From Phycisphaerales bacterium (GTDB lineage: Bacteria > Planctomycetota > Phycisphaerae > WQYP01): 64,000 nucleotides of DNA. Under the pieces are notes generated by a model. That model was not told the DNA's origin, searched no databases, and worked only from the letters and a program-made list of their open reading frames with translations. The stretch spans positions 2,753 to 66,752 of the forward strand of contig DAHXLH010000154.1 of assembly GCA_027366115.1 (NCBI GenBank). The letters are read 5' to 3'. Position numbers and translations under genes: made by a program. The first letter of the stretch is position 1; each line of letters opens with the position of its first letter. This document shows positions 36,532 through 45,941 of this stretch, one piece after another.

Positions 36532-39500
36532 ATGAAACTACCTATTAGCCGAATCCAAACCCCTGCGTGTGCCCCCAATGGGGACGCGAACACCACACCC
36601 TGTTGCGGGAAAAGTGTCACTCGGCGTACTTTTTTGGCCGCACTGTCCGGCGGCGTGGCTGCTTCGGTCATGGCGGTCGATCGCCCGGCGATGGCTGGCC
36701 CATTTGAGGATAGCGCCTTCGCGGCGCTTGTACCGCCCAATAAACGGCTACAGCCCGATTGGGTCAAATCGCTATTTGCCCGCGGTAAGCCCACCGTCTA
36801 CTCCAAAGCGAAAGGTGAATTGCAATTCATTGGTATGCCGGTCGGGGGTATTTGCTGCGGTACGCTTTATTTGGGCGGCGACGGAAAGCTGTGGCTGTGG
36901 GACATATTCAATCGTAATGGTCTGGGGATTGACCCGCGTAATGTGCCGTGGAGTGGTTTCGGAAAACCGCATGAAGTCGACTGCCAAAATGGGGCAAATT
37001 ATGTGCAGCCTGCCCCGGCCGAAAGCCCGCTGACGCAGGAATTTCTTTTGCGCGTCAACGGAACTGTCAGGCCTCTTGACGCCCGCGGGTGGAGCGATAT
37101 TACCTTTCGCGGCAATTATCCCATTGGCGAAGTAACCTATCGCGATCCCTCCAGCCCAGTGCACGTCAAGCTTGAGGCGTATTCGCCGTTTATCCCGCTC
37201 AATACAAAAGATTCCGGTCTGCCTGTGACCCTCTGCGAGTTTACGGTCACCAATTCGTCGGCAACCAACGCATCCATTGATTTTGCGGGGATATTGGAAA
37301 ACGCCTGCAGCCTGTACACCGCCGGTCCTCATACAACCGGGCGCATCAACACTATCCGGTCCACGCCCGCCGCGACCAAGCTTGATTGCACCTTTGATCT
37401 CGCGGCGCACCATCCTCCGTCCTCTCCTAAGAAGGACATCGTCATTAATCGTTTTGATCAGCCCACCTATGGTAATTGGACTGTAACAGGAACGGCCTTT
37501 GGCATCGGACCAATCCTGCGGTCTGCTATTCCATCATATCAGGGGGATGTCGGCGGGAAGGGGCCCAGAGTGGTCAATTCCCACGCCTCGGCACCGGGCC
37601 AGAGTATTGCCGAGAAAGATGCCGCCATCGGCACGCTCACCAGTCCCTCAATTACCATTCGGCGGCGATTTATTAATTTTTATATTGGTGGCGGAAGTGA
37701 TACCAATCTCGTAGGCATAAAACTCATGGTGAATGGTATAACGGTGCGCAGCGCCGCTGGCCGTGATGACAATCACATGCGACTGGCGAGTTTCGATGTT
37801 GCAGAATTTATGGGCCAGCAGGGAATTATTCAAATTTATGACCATGCGACCGGAGCGTGGGGCAATGTCGGTGTGTCGGACATTGTGCAATCGGATATAG
37901 ACGCCGCCGCTAATCGCCCGGTGCGTGAGCTGGACGCGGATTTTGGCTCCATGACTCTAATGCTTCTAGGTGCGGGGAAAGGGAAGGCAGGACTTCAGGG
38001 AAAGTCGTTTTTTGATGCCGCTGCAGCCCCCAGGGCAGAAAGCCAACTGGATCACGCACTCATCGGCGGGGTTGGGCGCTCAGTAGTCCTTAGTGGGGGC
38101 CAATCAGAAACGTTCGTATTTGTTATCACATGGCACTTTGCTAATACCGGTGCTCTGCCTGTTGCTGATGCCAAGACCGGACGATATTACGGACGCTTCT
38201 TTGGCAATGCCTCAGAGGCGGGTAATTACGTGGCCAAAAACTATAAACGATTAAGTGGTGATACCAAATTATGGCGTGACACCTGGTATGATTCGACCCT
38301 GCCGTACTGGTTTTTGGATCGCACCATCTATAACACCGCCTGCCTTTCTACGTCTACCAGCTACCGCTTCGCCACCGGTCAGTATTGGGGCTGGGAAGGA
38401 GTAGGCTGCTGCTTTGGAACGTGCACCCATGTGTATGAATTTGCCCAGGCGACATCGCGATTATTTCCTGATATGGAACGAGATTTGCGAAGGCGCGTTG
38501 ATTTTGGCACCGCCCTGAATTGGAAAACAGGGATGATTGGTTATCGCGGGCCGGGCACGGGAGCAGCCACCGATGGACAGGCGGGCATGATTCTCTGCGC
38601 GTATCGCGAACATCGCATGAGTGCGGACAATGAGTTCTTACAAGAGATATGGCCAGGCGTTCGGCTGGCGATCGACTGGCTGATACATCACAGCGATCCG
38701 AAAACAGGCCTGATCACCGGCCCGCAGCCCAACACCTTGGACGCAGCATGGTTTGGTGAAATCGCCTGGATCAGTGGCCTGTACGCTGCTTCTCTCAAAG
38801 CGGGTCAGCACATGGCAACTGCCATGGGTGATCAGGCCTACGCCAGCCGGTGCGAGCGTCTGTTTAATAGATGTCGCCGCTCCATTGAAACCCGCTTGTT
38901 TAACGGACGATACTTTATTCAGCGGAAAGACCCCAGCCAACCCAATGCCTTGGGCACCTACGACGCCTCATTTATTGAGCAGGTGCATGGACAGTCCTGG
39001 GCTTGGCAGTTGGGCATGGGCCGCGTGCTGGACCGAGATAAGACGGTCAAGGCCCTGAAGTCGCTTTACAAATATAATTTTACTTTAAATGTCGGGCCAT
39101 TTCGCATGGCCAACCCTCCGGGGCGGCCCTATGCTTTGGCCGGAGACAGCGGCTTAATCATGGCCACGAACCCGCAGGGGCGCAAAAACCCATTCGGCAA
39201 TGTATCAGCATGGCAATACGGCTATTTTGATGAATGTATGTCAGGTTTTGAGCATCAAGTTGCCAGCCACATGCTTGCCGAAGGGTTGCTGCTGGAAGGC
39301 TTGGCGGTGACTCGAGCGATTGAAGATCGCTACAGCGCCAAGCTCCGCAACCCGTTTAATGAAATTGAGTGCAGCGATCACTATTCACGGTCGATGGCCA
39401 GTTACGGATCGTTTATCACCCTCTGCGGCTTTGATTATGACGGGCCGCGGGGTCATATCGCCTTTGCACCGCGTCTGCATCCCCACGAGTTTAAGGCCCC

Positions 39501-39762
39501 GTACACCTCGGCCCAGGGATGGGGCAGTATCTCCCTGCACCATACAAAAGACCAGATGCGTGCCCAGATCGGGGTTGCCTGGGGCAGGCTCCGCATTCGA
39601 AGCATCAGTTTACCCGCCAGCAAGCTGAAAAATCTCTCCCTGAAAGCGGGAAGCAAAATTCTTCCCGCCGCCATCACATCGAAAAATGGCCAGATGCTTA
39701 TAACATTGAACCATGACGTTGAGCTTGCCGCAGGTGAGACGCTGCTAATTGTACTGATCTGA
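36532..39762 (+). CDS. GH116-like beta-glycosidase (GBA2 family) with inserted LamG-like jelly-roll, TAT signal
   Basis: RRTFLAALSGGVAASVMA. GH116 N-domain GMPVGGICCGTLYLGGDGKLWLWDIFN. Catalytic region WGWEGVGCCFGTCTHVYEFAQA. The insert carries INFYIGGGSD...IKLMVNG...IIQIYDHATGAWGNVGVSDI. The ORF opens at TTG 36520. Confidence 0.75.
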   Translation: MKLPISRIQTPACAPNGDANTTPCCGKSVTRRTFLAALSGGVAASVMAVDRPAMAGPFEDSAFAALVPPNKRLQPDWVKSLFARGKPTVYSKAKGELQFIGMPVGGICCGTLYLGGDGKLWLWDIFNRNGLGIDPRNVPWSGFGKPHEVDCQNGANYVQPAPAESPLTQEFLLRVNGTVRPLDARGWSDITFRGNYPIGEVTYRDPSSPVHVKLEAYSPFIPLNTKDSGLPVTLCEFTVTNSSATNASIDFAGILENACSLYTAGPHTTGRINTIRSTPAATKLDCTFDLAAHHPPSSPKKDIVINRFDQPTYGNWTVTGTAFGIGPILRSAIPSYQGDVGGKGPRVVNSHASAPGQSIAEKDAAIGTLTSPSITIRRRFINFYIGGGSDTNLVGIKLMVNGITVRSAAGRDDNHMRLASFDVAEFMGQQGIIQIYDHATGAWGNVGVSDIVQSDIDAAANRPVRELDADFGSMTLMLLGAGKGKAGLQGKSFFDAAAAPRAESQLDHALIGGVGRSVVLSGGQSETFVFVITWHFANTGALPVADAKTGRYYGRFFGNASEAGNYVAKNYKRLSGDTKLWRDTWYDSTLPYWFLDRTIYNTACLSTSTSYRFATGQYWGWEGVGCCFGTCTHVYEFAQATSRLFPDMERDLRRRVDFGTALNWKTGMIGYRGPGTGAATDGQAGMILCAYREHRMSADNEFLQEIWPGVRLAIDWLIHHSDPKTGLITGPQPNTLDAAWFGEIAWISGLYAASLKAGQHMATAMGDQAYASRCERLFNRCRRSIETRLFNGRYFIQRKDPSQPNALGTYDASFIEQVHGQSWAWQLGMGRVLDRDKTVKALKSLYKYNFTLNVGPFRMANPPGRPYALAGDSGLIMATNPQGRKNPFGNVSAWQYGYFDECMSGFEHQVASHMLAEGLLLEGLAVTRAIEDRYSAKLRNPFNEIECSDHYSRSMASYGSFITLCGFDYDGPRGHIAFAPRLHPHEFKAPYTSAQGWGSISLHHTKDQMRAQIGVAWGRLRIRSISLPASKLKNLSLKAGSKILPAAITSKNGQMLITLNHDVELAAGETLLIVLI

Positions 39763-39906
39763 TGACATGCTGGAATAATGAGCCGGAAAATATGTAAGAT
39801 ATCTGAATGTAAGGAACTACAGATTTATGGGATGAACCTCGTCATCCGGTGTTTCTCTAACAGTTGCGACGTTCGGCTATTGCTCCCGCAGGCCTCCGGG
39901 TAAATG

Positions 39907-40221
39907 TTACAATTGCCCATTGGAGGCGTCGGGGGGGCGAATAATGTCTTGGAGGGCTGTTACATGGTCTTCAAAGGCTCGCCGGCCGGTGCGTGTGGCG
40001 CTTAAATAAGTCACGGGCTTTCGGCCCACGAATGCTTTGCGGGCGCAAACATAGCGTGCCGAGGTGAGCTTATCCAAATGTGATCCTAAGTTTCCGTCGG
40101 TGCAACCCAGGCGCCCCCGCAGAAAGGTGAATTCAACTTCCGCATCCGCACCGGACGCCAGCAGCGCCGCCATAATTTTCAGCCGAACCGGCTGGTGAAT
40201 GATTTCATCTATTTGCGGCAT
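39907..40221 (-). CDS. Winged-helix transcriptional regulator (HTH_34-like)
   Basis: IHQPVRLKIMAALL...TDGNLGSHLDKLTSARYV...GRKPVTYLSATRTGRRAFEDHV. Confidence 0.75.
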   Translation of the reverse strand: MPQIDEIIHQPVRLKIMAALLASGADAEVEFTFLRGRLGCTDGNLGSHLDKLTSARYVCARKAFVGRKPVTYLSATRTGRRAFEDHVTALQDIIRPPDASNGQL

Positions 40222-40225
40222 GATC

Positions 40226-40807
40226 CTACCTCGCCCGCACAGTTAGAAAAATGCCGGTTGCCAGGAGTGTTAATCCGCCTGTTACGCCCATCCATACGTT
40301 GAGCACGTGCGGCTGGTTTTGAAATAAGCCAAAGCCGATCATCGCCAAAAGCGTGACACCGGTGCCCAACCAGATCATGAATGTCATCCGGGCTAATAAA
40401 CCGATAGCCACATACGCAAACATTACCAGTGTGACGATGAACACTACCGCGCGGGCGCTGCCCGCCGGCGCAAATAGATACATCCAGTAGCATCCATAGG
40501 CCAGAAAGATCGCCCAAAACCAAAGCACCCTTGAACGCACGACATTCGGTGATTTGCAGCGAACGCTGGTGTTGGATCGGCGCATGGAAAAGGCGCTTCC
40601 GGTAAAGCCGATGGCGTCACCAATCAACCATATCCAACCGCTCTGGGTAGGAAGCAGGGCCGTCAGCGGAAAGCAAACCAGCCAGATGATGCCCCACAGA
40701 ATGAGTGTGGGGCCAATTCGCCGATACAGGCTGTGGTTGCGCATGAGAGCGGCCACGGTGTCGGTCTGTCCCAACAGGTCCTTGGCTTCTTGTGGTGTAA
40801 CGTCCAT
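40226..40807 (-). CDS. Integral membrane protein (5-6 TM), unknown function
   Basis: Hydrophobic ORF directly upstream of the HTH gene. ATG 40807 is preceded by AAGGAG at a 7-nt spacing; the ORF track start is 40813. Confidence 0.6.
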   Translation of the reverse strand: MDVTPQEAKDLLGQTDTVAALMRNHSLYRRIGPTLILWGIIWLVCFPLTALLPTQSGWIWLIGDAIGFTGSAFSMRRSNTSVRCKSPNVVRSRVLWFWAIFLAYGCYWMYLFAPAGSARAVVFIVTLVMFAYVAIGLLARMTFMIWLGTGVTLLAMIGFGLFQNQPHVLNVWMGVTGGLTLLATGIFLTVRAR

Positions 40808-40824
40808 AAGCATTCTCCTTAAGA

Positions 40825-41049
40825 TTAAAACAGTGGAAACTTTTTACAATTGCGGCACCACATGGCTTTTCCCAGTGTGGCCCATACGATCAAATAAGCG
40901 CCGACGATTACCAGTAGTATCGCCGGAACCAATAAGGCCGGCACAATTAAGGCGAAAGCTGCGGCTGTAATCATCGCAACTCCAACGGCCAGCAGGAGTA
41001 CGCGATTCTTTCGCAGTAATTCCGTTCCGCATGTTGGACAATCAGGCAT
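40825..41049 (-). CDS. Small zinc-ribbon membrane protein
   Basis: MPDCPTCGTELL..., two TM helices, then ...CRNCKKF. ATG 41049 has a GAAGGA RBS; the ORF track gives a TTG start at 41082. Confidence 0.5.
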   Translation of the reverse strand: MPDCPTCGTELLRKNRVLLLAVGVAMITAAAFALIVPALLVPAILLVIVGAYLIVWATLGKAMWCRNCKKFPLF

Positions 41050-41239
41050 CAGAGGTCCTTCATTAAATCCAGCAATCGCCAATCACGGCTCATTGCTCTG
41101 TATAGCAGAGTACTCTGTAAAAAAATAAAAGTCAAGTAAAAAAATGGTTCTTCCGACAATTTATGCAACTGACCGGCAATATGGAAGATAAAACGGCGGT
41201 TTTTTGCGAAAATAGAGGTGAAAAAAAAGAGGCCGCGAA

Positions 41240-41470
41240 ATGATCAAAAAGTTGTGCCTCACGAATTTTAAGAACTTCAAGCACGCCGAGCTTGAACTCG
41301 CGAGGTTTTCCGTACTCGTTGGCACCAATGCCTCGGGAAAAAGCAATCTGCGCGACGCCTTTCGTTTCATTGATGGAGTTTCGCGCGGCTATACGTCGGC
41401 CGAAATTATCGGGGCAAAGGCTGCGCAAGCTTTGCCCGAAAGAATTCGAACCGCTGGAACAAAAAATTAG
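41240..41470 (+). pseudogene. N-terminal fragment of an AAA/ABC-type ATPase (AAA_15/AAA_21-like), truncated
   Basis: MIKKLCLTNFKNFKHAELELARFSVLVGTNASGKSNLRDAFRFI carries a Walker A motif, but the frame stops after 76 aa. Frame-shifted coding-like remnants follow at 41470-41580, in locally AT-rich sequence. Confidence 0.6.
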
Positions 41471-41720
41471 CAGATTTCTTGCTGCGGTATAGCCGCGAAG
41501 CTCGCCGGCTCTATGCGGAATTTCGTTGGGGTACGCCAGGCGATGGGACGGTGGACGACACCCGATGCTAATAAGAGGATTATCTTGGGTCGGTGGGTTG
41601 ATATGCGTATACCTATATTTTCTATATTCATGCCATCGGCTCTCTCGACGCCGTCGGGAAATTTGCCGCCTTGATATCCGGGTTTACTACGTCGGCTATG
41701 CGACGACATGACCGCTGATG

Positions 41721-41729
41721 TGCTATAAT
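41721..41729 (+). promoter_or_regulatory. Candidate extended -10 promoter (TGcTATAAT) for the thiC leader
   Basis: TGCTATAAT lies immediately upstream of the TPP aptamer. Confidence 0.45.
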
Positions 41730-41734
41730 CTCTG

Positions 41735-41830
41735 GCTGTTCGCCAGGGGTGTTCCGATGAAATGGAACTGAGAACAAACCCTTGGAACCTGACCCGGATT
41801 GTACCGGCGTAGGGAGCGCGAGCGATGGCA
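41735..41830 (+). promoter_or_regulatory. TPP (THI-box) riboswitch
   Basis: ...ccaggggtgttcc...ggaactgagaacaaacccttggaacctgacccggattgtaccggcgtagggagc... contains the conserved GGGGTG, CTGAGA and ACCCTTnGAACCTGAnCnGGnTnnTACCnGCGTAGGGA elements. It lies upstream of thiC. Confidence 0.88.
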
Positions 41831-41998
41831 TCGCCCTTGTTTTGCATCGTTACCGCTTTTTCGTTGTTTCAGGTTGGATTGTATTTCGGCGTGACTGTGC
41901 CCGGTCGCAAACTCTTGGGTGGGCAAACGTGATGCGGAAATCGCGGGCCGGAAGTTGTTTTATTGTTCCGCTGAAGCGGATAATTTAAGGAGTGCTCG

Positions 41999-43705
41999 AT
42001 GATGATTCAGGCTGCTAAAAATCTGGTTACACAATATGAATTTGCCTGCGCTGGAGTGATAACGCCGCAGATGCTTCGCGTAGCCCAGCGTGAAGCCCAA
42101 ACGCCGGAATATATCCGACAGGAAGTGGCGCGCGGTCGCTTGGTAATTCCCGCCAATATTCGACACTTGCAGGGAGCGGGCGGGCAGCCGGCGGCGTCGT
42201 CACCCATGGACATTCAATATGATGCGTCCCAAGATGCCGGGCACCCGGGCGCACGGGGCGATGCGCGGCAACTGTGGGTGAATCAGACGGTAGCGCAGAG
42301 AAGTAAAATCATCGCGGATCCAACCGCTTTTAAGGGACTGCGATCCGCCAAAAGATTAGACCCTATGGCCATTGGCCGCATGGTAACTACCAAAGTCAAT
42401 GCCAATATTGGAGCCTCGCCGGTTTCCAGCAATACAGCGGAAGAGGTTGAAAAATTGCAATGGGCGCAAAAATTTGGTGCCGATACGCTCATGGATTTAT
42501 CCACCGGCGGCAATCTCGTGGAATGTCGGCAGGCCATTATTGATCACAGCACCATACCCATTGGCACTGTGCCCATTTATTCCATGATTATTGGCCGGAA
42601 GATAGAAGACTTATCGTATGACATTATCCTGCAGGAAATTGAGCGCCAGGCTCAGCAGGGGGTGGATTATTTCACCATTCACGCCGGGGTGCTCAAGCAG
42701 CATTTGCCGTTGGTGAAAAACCGCCTTACCGGTATTGTCAGCCGCGGCGGCAGCATGTTGGCCAAGTGGATGATTGTGCACAATAAGCAGAATCCGATGT
42801 ATGAATTGTTTGATGAAATTTCAGCCATCATGCGGCAGTATGATGTGACTTACTCTTTAGGCGACGGCCTGCGCCCGGGCGGCTGCGCCGATGCCACGGA
42901 TGCCGCCCAATTGGCGGAATTGCAAACGCTGGGTGAACTGGTGCATCGGGCACGGGCGGCGGGGGTGCAGGTGATGGTGGAAGGCCCCGGCCATGTGCCG
43001 ATGGATCAGATCGCCATGAATATGCAGCTTCAGCAGCGGGTGTGCGATGATGCTCCATTTTATGTGCTTGGACCGCTGACCACGGATGTATTTCCCGGCT
43101 ACGACCATATCACCAGCGCCATTGGTGCCACGGAAGCGGCACGAGCCGGTGCGGCGATGTTGTGCTACGTTACGCCGAAGGAACACGTTGGCCTGCCCAA
43201 GGCGCAGGACGTAAAAGCGGGTTGCATTGCGTACAAAATCGCAGCCCACGCCGGCGATCTGGCCCGGGGCATCACTGGTGCCCGGCAATGGGATGATGAT
43301 ATGTCCAAAGCGCGGGCGGCTTTAAATTGGCCGAAAATGTTTGAACTGGCATTTGACGGAGAAACCGCCCGGGCCTTACACGATGAAGATTTAGAAGTGG
43401 ATACGGATTTCTGCGCCATGTGCGGCCACGACTGGTGCTCCATGCGAATCAGCAAGGAAATTCAGGAATTCGCCAGCGGCAAGGATGTGAATTTTGAGCC
43501 GGCGAAAAAATCAGCACAATCCGCGGGTGTATCCGCGGAAGGTGCCGAGCTGCTCAAGCAGCGCGGCGTATTAACGCAGGAACAAATTCATGCTTTAGCG
43601 CATAAAGGCAAAAAAGCGGTGTGCCACAGTGATCACGTTGCCGATGCCGATCAAGCCAGGCTGGTGCAGATTGAATCATTAAAAACGCAGGGCGTTGCAT
43701 CGTGA
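41999..43705 (+). CDS. thiC: Phosphomethylpyrimidine synthase ThiC
   Basis: VNANIGAS, TLMDLSTGG, FTIHAGV, VEGPGHVP, and the C-terminal Fe-S motif CAMCGHDWCSMR. AAGGAG RBS. Confidence 0.93.
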   Translation: MMIQAAKNLVTQYEFACAGVITPQMLRVAQREAQTPEYIRQEVARGRLVIPANIRHLQGAGGQPAASSPMDIQYDASQDAGHPGARGDARQLWVNQTVAQRSKIIADPTAFKGLRSAKRLDPMAIGRMVTTKVNANIGASPVSSNTAEEVEKLQWAQKFGADTLMDLSTGGNLVECRQAIIDHSTIPIGTVPIYSMIIGRKIEDLSYDIILQEIERQAQQGVDYFTIHAGVLKQHLPLVKNRLTGIVSRGGSMLAKWMIVHNKQNPMYELFDEISAIMRQYDVTYSLGDGLRPGGCADATDAAQLAELQTLGELVHRARAAGVQVMVEGPGHVPMDQIAMNMQLQQRVCDDAPFYVLGPLTTDVFPGYDHITSAIGATEAARAGAAMLCYVTPKEHVGLPKAQDVKAGCIAYKIAAHAGDLARGITGARQWDDDMSKARAALNWPKMFELAFDGETARALHDEDLEVDTDFCAMCGHDWCSMRISKEIQEFASGKDVNFEPAKKSAQSAGVSAEGAELLKQRGVLTQEQIHALAHKGKKAVCHSDHVADADQARLVQIESLKTQGVAS

Positions 43706-43739
43706 CGGTGCGAAGGACACATCAGTAAAGCGGTGGATG

Positions 43740-43997
43740 TCACCATTTGTTCAGGGGGCAGCGTTCACGGGCGAGGCGGATTTTTGCTCGTAGCATGCAG
43801 TGGCATTGTGCACAGGTTTGGACAATGCCGGCGGTTTTTACAGAGCTGGGGCAGCTTTCGCATACGGCCCAACGTTTGATCATGGTAATGCCGTCAGCTT
43901 TATCAAGGCCGACGGCTGCTTTGGCCAGCCCGACGGTGCCCCGGGCAATATGCCTTGCGGCTTGGCGTGCGGAACTGGTTGTGCGGGGCTTACGCAT
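43740..43997 (-). CDS. Small Cys-rich (putative zinc-binding) protein, unknown function
   Basis: 85 aa. The ATG lies 3 nt after the SDR stop. Cys pattern CESC...C..C.C...C, ending in CPLNKW. Confidence 0.45.
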   Translation of the reverse strand: MRKPRTTSSARQAARHIARGTVGLAKAAVGLDKADGITMIKRWAVCESCPSSVKTAGIVQTCAQCHCMLRAKIRLARERCPLNKW

Positions 43998-44000
43998 GGC

Positions 44001-44789
44001 TTATACGCCTTTAGTCAGGAAGCCGCCGTCAACTACGATAGTTTCACCGGTGGTGAAGCTGGCGGAGTCGCTGATGAGGTAGATGGCGGCACCAACCAGT
44101 TCTTCGGCTGAACCAAAACGGGCCATGGGGGTGTGGGCTTTCACCCAGGCACCGCGGGGCGTGCCTTCGAGTATTTTGCGATTCAAATCAGTGGGGAAAA
44201 ATCCGGGAGCGATACCATTGACGCGTATGCCCAGGGGTGCCCATTCATTGGCCAGGCCGCGGGTTAAACCCATCACGCCGGTTTTGCTGGAAGCGTAGGC
44301 GATCACTTCGGTAAGGCTCATAAATGAACTGATGCTGGCGATATTTACAATCGAGCCGCGCACGGATTTGGCGTCGGGAGTCTGATCTTTCATAATTTTC
44401 CCGGCCGCCTGATTGACAATAAAACTGCCGATGAGGTTGATGCGGATAATGCGTTCAAACTCCTCTACCGACATTTCCAGGGCGGGTTGCTTTTTATGGG
44501 CGCCGGCGGCGCTGACGACGGCATCCAGGCGGCCATATTTTGCGGCGGCATGTTTCAGTGCGGCATCCACGGCGGCAGCATCGGTGACATTCAGGGCGAT
44601 GGCATCATGCCCGGGGCCGATGGCGGAGAGTTCCTTCTGCATCGCCTGTACTTTTTCGGGATTGCTCGAGGCGGCAATCACCTTGGCACCGGCTTGAGCG
44701 TAACCCAGCGCAATGGCCCTGCCCAACCCGCTGGTGCCGCCTGTTATCAGGCAAACTTTTCCACTGATATCTAAAATAGAAGGCGTCAT
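44001..44789 (-). CDS. SDR-family oxidoreductase (KduD / gluconate-5-DH / SDR-type fructuronate reductase-like)
   Basis: ITGGTSGLGRAIA, NIASISS, YASSKTGVMGLTRGLANEWAPLGIRVNGIAPG. Confidence 0.8.
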   Translation of the reverse strand: MTPSILDISGKVCLITGGTSGLGRAIALGYAQAGAKVIAASSNPEKVQAMQKELSAIGPGHDAIALNVTDAAAVDAALKHAAAKYGRLDAVVSAAGAHKKQPALEMSVEEFERIIRINLIGSFIVNQAAGKIMKDQTPDAKSVRGSIVNIASISSFMSLTEVIAYASSKTGVMGLTRGLANEWAPLGIRVNGIAPGFFPTDLNRKILEGTPRGAWVKAHTPMARFGSAEELVGAAIYLISDSASFTTGETIVVDGGFLTKGV

Positions 44790-45895
44790 GATTTCTCCAC
44801 GGGTTTGAGATTTTTGCGATCAAAAAGTACACCCGCTTCGCGGGCGATGTGTTCTAAAGCGTCAATTTCCGCGGCGGTGAAAATCAGGCCGCCAAGTTTT
44901 TCCGAGCGCTGCGCGGCCCGGGCTTCCGGTTCGCCGGGCAGCAGGGTTTTCTCATTGCCATGCCCGCGGATATCCTCCAGCACCGCCTTAATATTCTCCT
45001 GCTGCGAGCGGTTATACGCAAAAGCTTCGCCGCTGATGGCGTCCGCGCGAATGCACTGAAAGAAAAAGCAGGGGGTGCGTTTTTCCTCTTTCGGGCCGAC
45101 GCTCCAACGGCTGCGCAGCGTCGGCAAGGAACCGCCGATATAAGCCGCCAGTAATTCATCAATAAGGGAAAGACCGTAGCCTTTATGTTCACCGAAGGGA
45201 AACAGGGCCGCGGCTTTATTGGGATCCTGCGTAGGATTGCCGTCTTTATCGACAGCCCAACCACGGCCAAGCTCTTTGCCTTCACGCGAGAACTGTTGTA
45301 CGCGGCCCATGGCCACCACGCTGGTGGCCCAGTCCACGCAGATCGGGAATCCGATGGCTTGGGTGGTGGGAAATCCCCAGGAGTGCGGGTTGGTGCCCAA
45401 CGTAGGAAATTTGCCGCCAAATGGAACGACTTCTGCTAAGGCGGCGGTACAGGCGGTATAGGCAAGATAGCCTTTTTTTGCGGCGTCAATAACATACCCG
45501 CCGCCCCATAGATAATGAAATGCGTTATCCACGCTCACAACGCCTACGCCGAATTCATCGGCCAATTTCATGCAATGTTCCATGGCGGCAAAAGCGGTGG
45601 CCTGCCCGAGTTTACGATTGGCATTCCAGCGGGCAACAGCTTTGAATTTGGAAGGCAATACTTCAATTTTTGCCCCCGGCACACAGCCGCCCGCCTTGGA
45701 GCCAAAGAGCTCATCCAAGTGCAGAGCCTTGATGGCGTTATGGGTTTTGATGCCGTGCAGCGCGGTAAGATCGCTGAAACGGCCGGCGGCGGCGGATTCC
45801 TCCGGCGTAAAGCCGCGATGGCGATACGCAGCCTGCACGATGTGGTTGTGCATGGCGGTTGGCATGACAAATTCAGTCGTCTGGGGGTTGCTCAT
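44786..45895 (-). CDS. Ldh_2-family (malate/L-lactate/2,3-diketogulonate-type) dehydrogenase
   Basis: HGIKTHN..., VDNAFHYLWGGGY, FGGKFPTLGTNPHSWGFP, GEHKGYGLSLIDELLA. ATGA overlap with the SDR gene. Confidence 0.7.
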   Translation of the reverse strand: MSNPQTTEFVMPTAMHNHIVQAAYRHRGFTPEESAAAGRFSDLTALHGIKTHNAIKALHLDELFGSKAGGCVPGAKIEVLPSKFKAVARWNANRKLGQATAFAAMEHCMKLADEFGVGVVSVDNAFHYLWGGGYVIDAAKKGYLAYTACTAALAEVVPFGGKFPTLGTNPHSWGFPTTQAIGFPICVDWATSVVAMGRVQQFSREGKELGRGWAVDKDGNPTQDPNKAAALFPFGEHKGYGLSLIDELLAAYIGGSLPTLRSRWSVGPKEEKRTPCFFFQCIRADAISGEAFAYNRSQQENIKAVLEDIRGHGNEKTLLPGEPEARAAQRSEKLGGLIFTAAEIDALEHIAREAGVLFDRKNLKPVEKS

Positions 45896-45941
45896 AATAT
45901 CCTCTTTATCTTCACTTTGTTCGGGCTTGTCAATATGGGGC

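Noticed and set aside
41440-41470. tRNA-like T-arm (ttcgaacc)
   Set aside because: No acceptor stem, anticodon arm or CCA context can be folded around it. It lies within the ATPase pseudogene frame.
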